The translations under genes were made by a program, and so were the position numbers. The notes below the pieces were generated by a model that was not told the DNA's origin, searched no databases, and worked only from the letters and a program-made list of their open reading frames with translations. Positions 19,221-29,199 of a DNA stretch of 60,502 bases are shown here, piece after piece. Numbering within the stretch: position 1 is the first letter of the stretch; every line of letters starts with the position of its first letter. This stretch comes from Bacteroidales bacterium (lineage in GTDB: Bacteria > Bacteroidota > Bacteroidia > Bacteroidales > VadinHA17), in assembly GCA_003141525.1 (NCBI GenBank), contig PLML01000107.1:1-60502 (forward strand), written 5' to 3'.

Positions 19221-20249
19221 ATGAAAAAATCTTCAAGTAATATTTTATTGAGTATATGCATTCCGACTTTCAATAGAGCAGATTACCTTCGTGACGCTAT
19301 AAAATACATATTGCCTGCTGTCAATAATATGAATGAAAAAGTGGAACTTATAATTTCTGACAATTGTTCAACTGATGGTACATCAGAAATATTGAAAGAA
19401 TTGCCAATGTATCCATGGATTCATTGCGTTAGAAACGAAATAAATGTGGGAGCTCTTAAGAACGGACTTAATTGCATTGATCTGGCAAAAGGAGAATATA
19501 TTTGGTTTGTTGGAGACGATGATGTAATTAGACCAGAGGGTCTTACCCATTTGATACAGGTTCTAAACGATCATAGAGATATAGATTATTTTGTTGTAAA
19601 CGCAATAACGTTAAGCAACGATCAAAGAAATAATTTAAGCTATATAATAAATAATGATGCAATTTCAAAACAACAAAATACAAAATTTAAATCATTGTCA
19701 GACAAAGAGATATCGACGTTTAACGAATATTTAGATCCAAATTTCGACCCTGTATTCCTGGGTTCAATGATGTGCAATGTTATCAGACGCAGTGTTTGGC
19801 AGAAAGGTGTAACAGGAATAGATTCAAATGCTCAAATGGGGTCTGTAGTTGGCACCTATTTAGTTTGCAGCGTATTGGCTCGTTATATGGTTGGCAAACC
19901 CTCATTTTATGTAGGATTCCCTTGCAGTATAGCTTTTTGGGGACATCAGGAATGGCAGGGTTTTATGCCAATTATATTCGCTTACACATTCTACGCCGTT
20001 TTGGATTGCTATGAGGAAAATGGTATAGAGCCATGGAGGATTGATAAATGCCGTCGATACTTGCATCAGAATTCAGGGACTGCTATTTATCGACTTGCTT
20101 TATTACGATCGTTGCCAGGAAAAGAATTATTCTCATTCCGATTGCATTTATTTCGCTACTGGAAGCATTATGAACTTTGGAAAGGTCTTCTTTTTATACC
20201 CTTTAAGAATATTGGTCCCTATTTACTCAGAAAATTAATGTTAAAGTAA
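19221..20249 (+). CDS. GT2 glycosyltransferase (resembles dideoxyhexose transferases)
   Basis: SICIPTFNR, SDNCSTD, GDDD. Confidence 0.85.
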   Translation: MKKSSSNILLSICIPTFNRADYLRDAIKYILPAVNNMNEKVELIISDNCSTDGTSEILKELPMYPWIHCVRNEINVGALKNGLNCIDLAKGEYIWFVGDDDVIRPEGLTHLIQVLNDHRDIDYFVVNAITLSNDQRNNLSYIINNDAISKQQNTKFKSLSDKEISTFNEYLDPNFDPVFLGSMMCNVIRRSVWQKGVTGIDSNAQMGSVVGTYLVCSVLARYMVGKPSFYVGFPCSIAFWGHQEWQGFMPIIFAYTFYAVLDCYEENGIEPWRIDKCRRYLHQNSGTAIYRLALLRSLPGKELFSFRLHLFRYWKHYELWKGLLFIPFKNIGPYLLRKLMLK

Positions 20250-20359
20250 AGTACAATATAATACAATCCGATTACTTAAGGTTCTATAAGGAATCGATAT
20301 TGATGATAGTATCTGTAATACTGTTTATGATGTAGCTCAGGCCAATATTTTGAATTAAG

Positions 20360-21835
20360 TAGTTGATCCTTAATAATTATTAACAATCTGACTGTTAATA
20401 ACATATATTCTTTGAAATCTTGTTTTTTGTTTAGGTTTTGATTAAATTTGATCAAGACCCTGTAAATCATGTTAAAGAAATTACCATGGCATCCCCAGTT
20501 AGAGATGTTCAAAACTGTACTTACCAGTTTCATCAATCCTAAGCATGAACTTTGTTTATTAGCGAAAGAGATTGACTGGGATTATCTGGAAAAGGAGTTT
20601 TCCCCACTGTATGGAGAAATAGGGAGACCTTCCATTCCAATCAGGACAATATTAGGGTTTTTGCTTCTTAAACAAATATACAATCTTGGTGATGAGGCGG
20701 TTATGGAGAGGTATATCGACAGTCCATATAGTCAGCACTTTTGCGGGGATATTTATTTTCAGTATAAATATCCGTTTGATCCGAGTGATTTTGTCCATTT
20801 TCGTAAGCGCATAGGAGAAGAAGGAATGAAGAAGATCTTCAAACAGAGTATTGATTTATTTGACAAGGATTTTATCCGCAAAGAAGTAAAAGAGGTACGG
20901 GTAGATACTACAGTTCAGGAGAAGAACATTACCTTCCCTACAGATCGGAAGCTTACGGAAAAAGTGATAGAACATTGTAAAAGGATTGCAAAGAAAGAAG
21001 ATATAAAGCTTAAACGGACCTATACTTTTGAAATCCGGAAATTAAAGCAACAGCTTCGATTTGCAAGGAAACCAAAGAACATGAAGAAACACATCAAGGC
21101 CCAGAAAAAGCTTCACAGGATCGCATTCAAAATCTATCAGGATCTGGTTAGTCAACTTAACCCGATACCGAAGTCGTACATGGAGGAATTTGATGTTTTA
21201 TACAGGGTATTGACACAGCAGAAAGATGACAAGAATAAGGTCTACAGCATACATGAGCCGGAAGTACTTTGTATATCAAAAGGGAAAGAGCATAAACAAT
21301 ATGAGTTTGGGAACAAGAGCTCATTTGCTTATACCAGGGGATCAGGTATTATTGTTGGAGCAATGGCAATTGATGGGAATGCATATGATGGGCATACTTT
21401 AGAACCGCAACTGGAACAGGTAAAGGAACTTACAGGAGGCAAAATCAAGAAAGCGATTGTTGACAAGGGTTATAAAGTCAAAGGAGGAATACTTGGTGTG
21501 GACATAGTAATGCCAAAGATGCTCAAGGGAGAAAGTTACTATTTGAAAAAGAAATGAGAAGAGCGATGCCGGTCAAGAGCTGGAATAGAGGGACTTATAT
21601 CACACCTGAAATACGATCATAGGATGATAAGAAATTACCTCAGTGGCACTGCAGGCGACAAGATCAACACATTACTGGCAGCTACAGCATATAATATGAG
21701 GAAATGGATGAGGCTAAAGAGACAAGAAATATTGAATTTAATTTTTCGCTGGATTTACCAGGCACTTATTTTGTCTCCGGTAAATATCCAACGCTAATGA
21801 AGTAATGAGAAACGAGTATTAATAAGGATCAACTA
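20360..21835 (+). mobile_element. IS5-family insertion sequence, about 1.48 kb
   Basis: Terminal inverted repeats tagttgatccttaataat (20360-20377) and attaataaggatcaacta (21818-21835), 17/18 match; the terminal TA may be the target duplication. Confidence 0.88.
20469..21797 (+). pseudogene. IS5-family DDE transposase with in-frame TGA at 21555-21557
   Basis: VDTTVQEKNITFPTD, KVYSIHEP, YEFG, VDKGY; beyond the TGA the frame continues RSRAGIEGLISHLK...AYN to TAA at 21797. Confidence 0.88.
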
Positions 21836-22168
21836 AATATTGTATTATATGATAAAGAGGCCCAAATGTTGAGGATAGTTTTTATGTAAATACCTGTGAT
21901 GATGCAACCTTAACAATAAAGAGAAAATAATAATTGTTCATATTTATAGAAAACTATCTATATCATTATCCCCTACAAACTATGCGGATTTATAGGCTTC
22001 CTAATAATTCAACTAATCAAAATTATGGTTTTAACCCAAAAATGATTTATTATATGTTTCTTTTGGTGTTGGATAATTAACGCCATTATCATTATCTGCT
22101 GAATTACAATTTTGTGTTTCTAGAAATTTTTCGCAAAGAATTCTTTAAGAATTACTGATAAATGTATT

Positions 22169-22771
22169 ATGAGACAAATCCTTAAAATATTTTTAATACT
22201 GCCTTTTCGAAAATTAAGATCTGGGTATTTTTTACTTTTTAACTATCTTAATTTCAAGACCATGAATGTTATTTATCAGGATCTGCCAAAAATATTTGGC
22301 AGATTGATAATCAGCAACTATGGATCATGTCGTTTGGGTAAAGGGTTAATTTTTAGAAGTGATATTACCTCTAACCTGGTTGGACTGTATAAACCCTGCT
22401 CAATTGTTGTTGCAAAAGGCGGATCTTTAAATATCGAAGATTACTCTGGTTTTTCTGGTGTTTCAATATACTGTACCAATAACATAAAAATTGGTAAATA
22501 TTGTAAGTTTGGAGGAAACGTCTCAATTTGGGATACTGATTTTCATCCTCTTAATTTTGAAGATCGAAGATGCAGTTTTATAGGCACAAAATCTATTCCT
22601 ATCGTTATTGGTAATGATGTATTCGTAGGTGCGAATAGTATAATACTAAAAGGTGTAACTGTTGGGGATAGGGTCATTATTGGTGCAGGTAGTGTAATAA
22701 CAAAGAATATTCCTTCTGACGAAATATGGGCAGGAAATCCGGCAAAGTTTATAAGAAAAGCAAACATATAA
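22169..22771 (+). CDS. Hexapeptide-repeat (LbH) O-acyltransferase
   Basis: DTDFH, IGNDVFVGANSIILKGVTVG, AGNPAK. Confidence 0.9.
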   Translation: MRQILKIFLILPFRKLRSGYFLLFNYLNFKTMNVIYQDLPKIFGRLIISNYGSCRLGKGLIFRSDITSNLVGLYKPCSIVVAKGGSLNIEDYSGFSGVSIYCTNNIKIGKYCKFGGNVSIWDTDFHPLNFEDRRCSFIGTKSIPIVIGNDVFVGANSIILKGVTVGDRVIIGAGSVITKNIPSDEIWAGNPAKFIRKANI

Positions 22772-22788
22772 TAAACAAAAAACAATTC

Positions 22789-23577
22789 ATGCATTCAATT
22801 GTCATAAATAAGCCTTTGATATCCATCATCACAGTCTGTTATAACGCTGAAAAAACTATTTCCAGAACAATTGAATCTGTAAAACAACTTAAAGCTCAAT
22901 TTCCCGAGTTAATAGAATATATAATTATTGATGGTAGTTCAGCCGATAACACAGTTGGTCTCATAAAGAATTACATACATATTTGGGATTTTTTAATTTC
23001 AGAGCCGGATAAGGGTATTTATGATGCCATGAATAAAGGGCTTAAATATTGTAATGGCACATATGTTTCGTTCTTAAATGCTAATGATTATTATAAAACC
23101 GACTCGCTATCGGAGGCAGTACAAATATTGAAAAGTAAAAAATATGATTGTGTTTACGGGAATATATGTAGTTGTTATAAATCTTCCATCAAAATTGTAA
23201 AACCGATTAGCGAACAACGTGCTGTCAAATATGGTTATATGACACCAATCGTAATGCAGCCAGCCTCCTTTATTAAAAAAGATGTCTATGATAAAATAGG
23301 TGGCTTTGATTTAGATTTCAAGATAGCTGGCGACACGGATTTCCTTATTCGATTTATTAAAAACTCAAGTTTTAAAAGATTTTATATTGACACAATATTT
23401 GAATACTTTGATCCAAGTGGAATAAGCAACAGAAAAATTATAGACTTCAGGGAATTTATTTTATTGAAGAATAAAAACCATATCCCCCGGCTGAAATATG
23501 CACGATATGTCATAGAGTCAAGTATAAAGAAAATGATATTCAGGTCATTACTCAGGGTTAATATCTTATACAAGTAA
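22789..23577 (+). CDS. GT2 glycosyltransferase (ORF track starts at 22726; 22789 more likely)
   Basis: SIITVCYN, IDGSSAD, EPDKGIYDAMNKG. Confidence 0.85.
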   Translation: MHSIVINKPLISIITVCYNAEKTISRTIESVKQLKAQFPELIEYIIIDGSSADNTVGLIKNYIHIWDFLISEPDKGIYDAMNKGLKYCNGTYVSFLNANDYYKTDSLSEAVQILKSKKYDCVYGNICSCYKSSIKIVKPISEQRAVKYGYMTPIVMQPASFIKKDVYDKIGGFDLDFKIAGDTDFLIRFIKNSSFKRFYIDTIFEYFDPSGISNRKIIDFREFILLKNKNHIPRLKYARYVIESSIKKMIFRSLLRVNILYK

Positions 23578-23637
23578 AATCTGATCCGAATAGTTGATTT
23601 GTTTTGTTATTAAACACTAACAATTAAAGAAAGAATA

Positions 23638-24888
23638 ATGAAGCTCGTTTTCAGAGTAAGTGACCTTCCTAAAATGCTTATTTATGCATTGGCATTCTCA
23701 CTGACATTTTATTACCCGGGCTTCCATTTGGCGAGTATAATTATCAATATTCCCCTTGTCCTCGTTCTTTTGCTCGATTTAGTTATTATCCTGAAATGGA
23801 GGTTCAATCAGAAGAATCTCTTCTTAATCATTTTATTCTTTTTATGGAGTTTACTTGGTGTTGTATTCAGATATCCGGTTTTATCTTATTTGCCATCACT
23901 TGTTTTTTCCATGTGTTTGATTCTTCCTTTGGGTGTTAGTTGGAAAACCTTGAATATTGATATAGAGAAAATGCTGAACTATATGGTATTGGGCGCATTT
24001 ATTTCCTTTTTCTTTATTCCTTTTGAGTTGTATTTCAGATATATGCATTTATTTGGCTATGTAGGCAACGAACTTTGGCTGAATATCAGTGGCCACTCAG
24101 TACGTTTGTTCAGGTCATCTGCGCTAATGATGGAACCATCTCATTTTAGTGTTCTTTTAACTTTGATATATGTGACTCTGGATATTGCAGAGAGCAGAGG
24201 CTATATTATTAAACATATTATTTTATTCAGATATTGTTTCTTTATTAGTTTGATTCTGAGTGTCTCTCTTTCAGGCATAGTATTGAATATCTTATACTAT
24301 TCAGTAAAATTTATACGATTTGTCTTTTTAAGTATTGAAAAGGATTTCAGGATATTAATTAACAGGCGGATTTTAATCTATTCTGTAACTGGTATTATCT
24401 TTCTTTTGGTCATAAATGTTTTGAGCAATAATTATATTGGACATATTGCAAAAAAGGTCTATGATCGTGTTAAAGAAACTACGGATGTCGTTGAAAAACA
24501 AAAATCTGTAGGAAGTTCAGGCGAACGGGCCAGCTTTATATGGGCTTCAAAGATATATCTTCATAATAGTTCTGTGCAGAATGTTATTATTGGTGATGGA
24601 TTTTCAAACTATCATCAGTGGTTAGCGGCAAACTCAAAGAGAATAGGGTATAGTACAGGTGAAGTTTATAATCTATATTTTGTTGTTTTACTGTCTGTAG
24701 GTTTGCTAGGTCTGCTTTTTTTTGTGCTTATGATATTAAGTTTAACGGATACTAATTATCTTGATTTTGGCGATATTGCTTTTTTGATTATTCTTCTAGC
24801 TTCTTTCCTGACGCACGGATATTTAATTATGTATTGGGTATGGGTTCCGATATTGCTTTTTAAATTAACAAAAAAAGAAAGAGTTTGA
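23638..24888 (+). CDS. wzy: Probable Wzy O-unit polymerase
   Basis: About 11 TM segments; R...EPS motif (RSSALMMEPSHF); located among GT genes. Confidence 0.65.
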   Translation: MKLVFRVSDLPKMLIYALAFSLTFYYPGFHLASIIINIPLVLVLLLDLVIILKWRFNQKNLFLIILFFLWSLLGVVFRYPVLSYLPSLVFSMCLILPLGVSWKTLNIDIEKMLNYMVLGAFISFFFIPFELYFRYMHLFGYVGNELWLNISGHSVRLFRSSALMMEPSHFSVLLTLIYVTLDIAESRGYIIKHIILFRYCFFISLILSVSLSGIVLNILYYSVKFIRFVFLSIEKDFRILINRRILIYSVTGIIFLLVINVLSNNYIGHIAKKVYDRVKETTDVVEKQKSVGSSGERASFIWASKIYLHNSSVQNVIIGDGFSNYHQWLAANSKRIGYSTGEVYNLYFVVLLSVGLLGLLFFVLMILSLTDTNYLDFGDIAFLIILLASFLTHGYLIMYWVWVPILLFKLTKKERV

Positions 24889-24943
24889 TATTATCTTTTT
24901 TGTACTGCTTCCTCTTTTCGTATTTATTGAAAGACATGAATTC

Positions 24944-25774
24944 ATGGAGGTCTCTGTAATTATCCCTACTTATAGACCAGGTTCTTATTTATATGATTGT
25001 CTTTATTCAATCCTTGCTCAGGATTTCAGTCGAGATAAATTTGAAGTCGTAATAGTCCTTAATGGTGATAAAAATCCTTATTATGAAAAAATTGAATCAT
25101 TTTTAAGCGATAAGGATGTAACTTTCAAATTATTCTACTCTCCTCAAAAGGGCGTTTCCAATGCCAGAAATCTGGCACTAAATAATATAAACTCTAAGTA
25201 TGTTGTGTTTTTAGATGATGATGATATTCTTTCTGCAAATTTCATCTCTCTGTTATATTTAAAAGCATCTCTGAATTTTATCGTTGTAAGCAATATCAAA
25301 ACATTTTCTTCCGATCTGAGTACGCTGGGAGATGATTATATATCAATATCCTATAAAGATCGCCTAACGGGTGGAAAATACAGTCTGTTTAAATTTCGTG
25401 GTTTTTTGTCCAGCTCCTGTGCTAAAATGATTCCCCGAAATGTTATTGATGAGTTCAGATTTGATAAAAGTCTTAATTATGGAGAAGATGCTTTTTTTAT
25501 GTTTGTGATTTCCTGTAACATAAAAGGCATAAATCTTGCTGATGAAAATGCAATTTATTACAGACGGATAAGGCAGGGCTCTGCTTCGCAAAGTAATCTG
25601 ACCTTAGGTTCCCGTACTCACAGTATGTTGCTTAAATTATCTAAGTATTCATCAGTTTATTTGAGAGCAATAAGAAGGTACAACTTTTTGCTATATGCTT
25701 CACGCATAGCAGCAACACTAAAAGTTTTTATAATGTACTATTTAATGAAACCAGGTGACTCCTTTGCTAACTAA
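24944..25774 (+). CDS. GT2 glycosyltransferase
   Basis: SVIIPTY, GVSNARN, FLDDDD, GED. Confidence 0.88.
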   Translation: MEVSVIIPTYRPGSYLYDCLYSILAQDFSRDKFEVVIVLNGDKNPYYEKIESFLSDKDVTFKLFYSPQKGVSNARNLALNNINSKYVVFLDDDDILSANFISLLYLKASLNFIVVSNIKTFSSDLSTLGDDYISISYKDRLTGGKYSLFKFRGFLSSSCAKMIPRNVIDEFRFDKSLNYGEDAFFMFVISCNIKGINLADENAIYYRRIRQGSASQSNLTLGSRTHSMLLKLSKYSSVYLRAIRRYNFLLYASRIAATLKVFIMYYLMKPGDSFAN

Positions 25775-25789
25775 ATTATTTCTTTGTAA

Positions 25790-26632
25790 GTGGATTGGAT
25801 AGTATATCAGGGGATAGGCGTTCCCTCAAATCCTGTTTTCCATGATGCTCCTTCTCATTTAGACTGCCGGAAAATTTCACAGGAACTTAGTGTCCCATTA
25901 ATACGATGGATAGAAGATTGGGATAGTCCATTAATTAGCTCTTTTTATGGTGTTATTCAGGATCATCACATTGAGCTTACTCAATTGAAGAGTCAGGTTC
26001 GGTACGAAGTCAAACGAGCTTCAAGAAATTTTTACTTCGCTGAATTATCCTTATTAGAAATATTAAATGAGGGATTTGAGTTATATAACAGCTCGTTTAA
26101 AACTTATGATACTTACTTAAAACCAATGTCTAAGGAGGAATTTATAGATAGCTACGGCAAATATAAAAATGATGGAGAAAAGGAAGTTACAAGGTTTTTT
26201 GGAATAAGAGAGACGTCTACAAATTCATTAGTATGCTATGCATACGGGATTCATTACTCAAAAGGTAATTATTTCGATTTAAAAGTTGTCAAGTTTAATC
26301 CTGAATATCAGAGAAATAATATCTCTGAGTTACTTTTTTTTGGAATTGGACAACAATTGCTTTCCCTGGAAAAAATGAGATTCATTTTTGATGGATTTGT
26401 ATCAATGGCCCATAAATCAACAATTCAGGAATATTTAATTCGAAAGTTCAATTATCGGAATGCATATTGTAAGTTATGCATTCATTATAAATTTTATATA
26501 CGGCTATTTGTTCTGTTCGCCTATCCTTTTAGAAGTATTATAAAATTTACAGGAAGATATTTTATTATTTTTCACAAACTTAGCATTCTGTTATCGCAGG
26601 AGGAACTGCGAAAAAACACACAAGAATTGTAA
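25790..26632 (+). CDS. Hypothetical protein, possibly a GNAT/FemAB-like acyltransferase (GTG start)
   Basis: 280-aa ORF in operon context; LKSQVRYEVKRA and NPEYQRNN resemble Fem/GNAT segments (weak). Confidence 0.45.
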   Translation: MDWIVYQGIGVPSNPVFHDAPSHLDCRKISQELSVPLIRWIEDWDSPLISSFYGVIQDHHIELTQLKSQVRYEVKRASRNFYFAELSLLEILNEGFELYNSSFKTYDTYLKPMSKEEFIDSYGKYKNDGEKEVTRFFGIRETSTNSLVCYAYGIHYSKGNYFDLKVVKFNPEYQRNNISELLFFGIGQQLLSLEKMRFIFDGFVSMAHKSTIQEYLIRKFNYRNAYCKLCIHYKFYIRLFVLFAYPFRSIIKFTGRYFIIFHKLSILLSQEELRKNTQEL

Positions 26633-26634
26633 AT

Positions 26635-27378
26635 ATGGTTTCTATCATTACGCCAAGTTATAACTGTTCAAAATTCATAGGACAAACTTTAACTTCCGTT
26701 TTCACACAGACTTACGACGAGTGGGAGCTTATTATTGTCGATGACTGCTCTACAGACAATTCGTTAGATGTGATATATCAGATAGCAGGGAATAATCAGA
26801 AAGTGAAAATTATAGCGTTAAAAGAGAATGTTGGTGCTGCCGAGGCCCGTAATATAGCTTTAAGGCAAGCGCAAGGCCGGTATATTGCATTTCTCGATAG
26901 TGACGACATCTGGTGCCCAAATAAGCTTGAACATCAATTGTCTTTCATGATTTCAAATAATTATTCATTTTCGTTCACCGCATACGCTCTGATGAACGCA
27001 GATGGGAAACTTCTTAATAAAGCCATTGCTGCCCCGAAGAAGATAGAATATAATCGGTATTTAAGAAATACAATAATTGGGTGTTTAACTGTTATCATTG
27101 ATAAACAGAACGTTGGTTCATTTGAGATGCCGAATATTAAATCGAGCCACGACATGGCGTTGTGGCTTCAGATTTTAAAACGAGGTTTTTGTGCATATGG
27201 ATTGAATGAGGTACTTGCAAATTATAGAATAGTAAATACTTCAAATACAGCAAATAAAAAAAAGGCGGCTCTCGATGTATGGCAGGTTTACAGGAAAACT
27301 GAGAAATTATCAGTTTTATATAGTACCGTTTGTTTTATTGGTTATGCTTTTAATGCCATAAAAAAAAGAGTGTTATGA
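26635..27378 (+). CDS. GT2 glycosyltransferase (TuaG-like)
   Basis: SIITPSYN, VDDCSTD, FLDSDDIW..KL. Confidence 0.9.
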   Translation: MVSIITPSYNCSKFIGQTLTSVFTQTYDEWELIIVDDCSTDNSLDVIYQIAGNNQKVKIIALKENVGAAEARNIALRQAQGRYIAFLDSDDIWCPNKLEHQLSFMISNNYSFSFTAYALMNADGKLLNKAIAAPKKIEYNRYLRNTIIGCLTVIIDKQNVGSFEMPNIKSSHDMALWLQILKRGFCAYGLNEVLANYRIVNTSNTANKKKAALDVWQVYRKTEKLSVLYSTVCFIGYAFNAIKKRVL

Positions 27379-27965
27379 GAATAATCCTGAAAAGGACTTT
27401 TGATATCGTATTTTCTCTGATCGGCCTTATAATTTTAAGTCCTGTTATTCTTATTATATCTTTAATAATAAAGCTGAAAATGCCGGGGGCCCCCGTATTC
27501 TTTATTCAGCTACGGGTTGGTCAGAACGAATGCTTTTTTAAAATGATAAAGTTCAGAACTATGGTTGCATCGCCCTCAACCAACTGTGTCTCTGTGAAGG
27601 GTGATGCACGAATTACCCCTTTAGGGGCCGTGTTGAGAAAGCATAAGTTAGATGAACTGCCCGAGCTTTTAAATGTATTATCCGGGCAAATGAGTTTGGT
27701 GGGCCCAAGGCCTGATGTCCCCGGATATTATGACAGATTATCGGGTGATGACAGGAAAATACTGGAACTTAAACCGGGTATTACCGGTCCTGCTACCTTA
27801 TTATATGCAGATGAAGAAGAATTTCTTGCAACTGTATCGGATCCAATCAAGTATAATGATGAAATAATCTTTCCTGAAAAGGTAAGAATTAACTTAGAAT
27901 ATTATTATAATAATTCTTTCTTTGGGGATATTAAAATAATTTTAAAAACGATCTTTTTGCGGTAA
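27375..27965 (+). CDS. Monotopic phosphoglycosyl transferase (PglC/WcaJ-like initiating sugar transferase)
   Basis: KRTFD, KFRTM, LDELPEL.NV..G.MSLVGPRP, KPGITG. Confidence 0.92.
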   Translation: MRIILKRTFDIVFSLIGLIILSPVILIISLIIKLKMPGAPVFFIQLRVGQNECFFKMIKFRTMVASPSTNCVSVKGDARITPLGAVLRKHKLDELPELLNVLSGQMSLVGPRPDVPGYYDRLSGDDRKILELKPGITGPATLLYADEEEFLATVSDPIKYNDEIIFPEKVRINLEYYYNNSFFGDIKIILKTIFLR

Positions 27966-28002
27966 TTTGAATAGTCTTAATTTTAATTAAAAATAAAATA
28001 CA

Positions 28003-29157
28003 ATGTCATCTAAAATCTGGCTTTCCTCTCCGCATCTTAGCGGTAATGAGATGAAATATATCGACGAAGCTTTTAAAACTAACTGGATTGCCCCTTTGGG
28101 TCCGAATGTAAATGCATTTGAAAACGAACTGGGAGAATACCTGAATGTGAAACATGTCGCAGCGCTTATTTCAGGTTCATCAGCAATTCATCTGGCTCTG
28201 ATTATACTTGGAATAAAATCGGGTGATGAAGTTTTGGTATCATCCTTCACCTTTTCTGCAACAGTAAATCCTATTGTTTACCAGGGAGCTATCCCTATAC
28301 TTATCGATAGTGAGGAGGATACATGGAATATGAGTCCGGATTTATTGGAAGAGGCTATTGTTGACAGGTTATCAAAGGGCAAAAAGCCAAAAGCAATTAT
28401 AGTGGTTCATTTATATGGAATGCCTGCAAAAATAGATGAGATATTTTCGATAGCGAAAATATATGATATTCCTGTAATTGAAGATGCAGCTGAAGCCCTA
28501 GGCAGTAAGTATAAAGGAAAACCAGTAGGAACTTTTGGTGACATGGGCATTCTGTCCTTTAACGGAAATAAAATAATTACAACTTCAGGTGGTGGCGCCT
28601 TGATCTCAGATAATATTGAATACGTAAATCAGGCGCGCTTTCTTGCCACTCAGGCTCGCGACAATGCACCCTATTACCAGCATTCACATATCGGCTATAA
28701 CTACAGGATGAGTAATATACTTGCAGGTATTGGCAGAGGCCAACTCGAAGTCATTGAGGAAAGAGTGAAACAGAGAAGAGAGAATTATAACTTTTACTAT
28801 GAGCATTTAAAATTTCCAGGTATCTCTTTTTTAACTGAAATTGAGGAATGTTTTTCAAACAGGTGGCTTACCACAATTCTTGTTGACCCTATAAAAACGG
28901 GTGGAGTTACATCCAGTGATCTGAGGTTAGGATTAGAAAAACAAAACATTGAATCAAGACCGCTTTGGAAGCCCATGCATTTGCAGCCAATATTCAGAAA
29001 TTATCCTTCATATTTAAATGGAGTTTCGGAGAGATTATTCGATCTGGGTCTGTGTTTACCATCCGGCTCCAACCTCTCCGCTACAGATAAAAATGAAATT
29101 TATTCTTTTATTAAGTTAATTCTTAGCGAAAAGAAAATTCACGACATCAATTTTTGA
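28003..29157 (+). CDS. DegT/DnrJ/EryC1/StrS aminotransferase (PglE/EpsN-like)
   Basis: IWLSSPH, EDAAEALG, SFNGNKIITTSGGG, RPLWKPMH, CLPSG. Confidence 0.92.
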   Translation: MSSKIWLSSPHLSGNEMKYIDEAFKTNWIAPLGPNVNAFENELGEYLNVKHVAALISGSSAIHLALIILGIKSGDEVLVSSFTFSATVNPIVYQGAIPILIDSEEDTWNMSPDLLEEAIVDRLSKGKKPKAIIVVHLYGMPAKIDEIFSIAKIYDIPVIEDAAEALGSKYKGKPVGTFGDMGILSFNGNKIITTSGGGALISDNIEYVNQARFLATQARDNAPYYQHSHIGYNYRMSNILAGIGRGQLEVIEERVKQRRENYNFYYEHLKFPGISFLTEIEECFSNRWLTTILVDPIKTGGVTSSDLRLGLEKQNIESRPLWKPMHLQPIFRNYPSYLNGVSERLFDLGLCLPSGSNLSATDKNEIYSFIKLILSEKKIHDINF

Positions 29158-29199
29158 ATTGATTTTAAAAACGATATCAATCAATAAAAATCTGAATAA

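Noticed and set aside
9912-21557. TGA recoding (Trp, Gly or selenocysteine) suggested by two in-frame TGA codons
   Set aside because: TGA is an ordinary stop elsewhere (1631 and 32046 with ATGA overlaps, 11586) and Trp is encoded by TGG throughout. The two sites appear to need different residues (Trp versus Arg). Independent nonsense mutations or errors explain them better.
21836-22168. Long AT-rich gap after the IS as a possible gene remnant or ncRNA
   Set aside because: No ORF, motif or convincing structure could be recognised.
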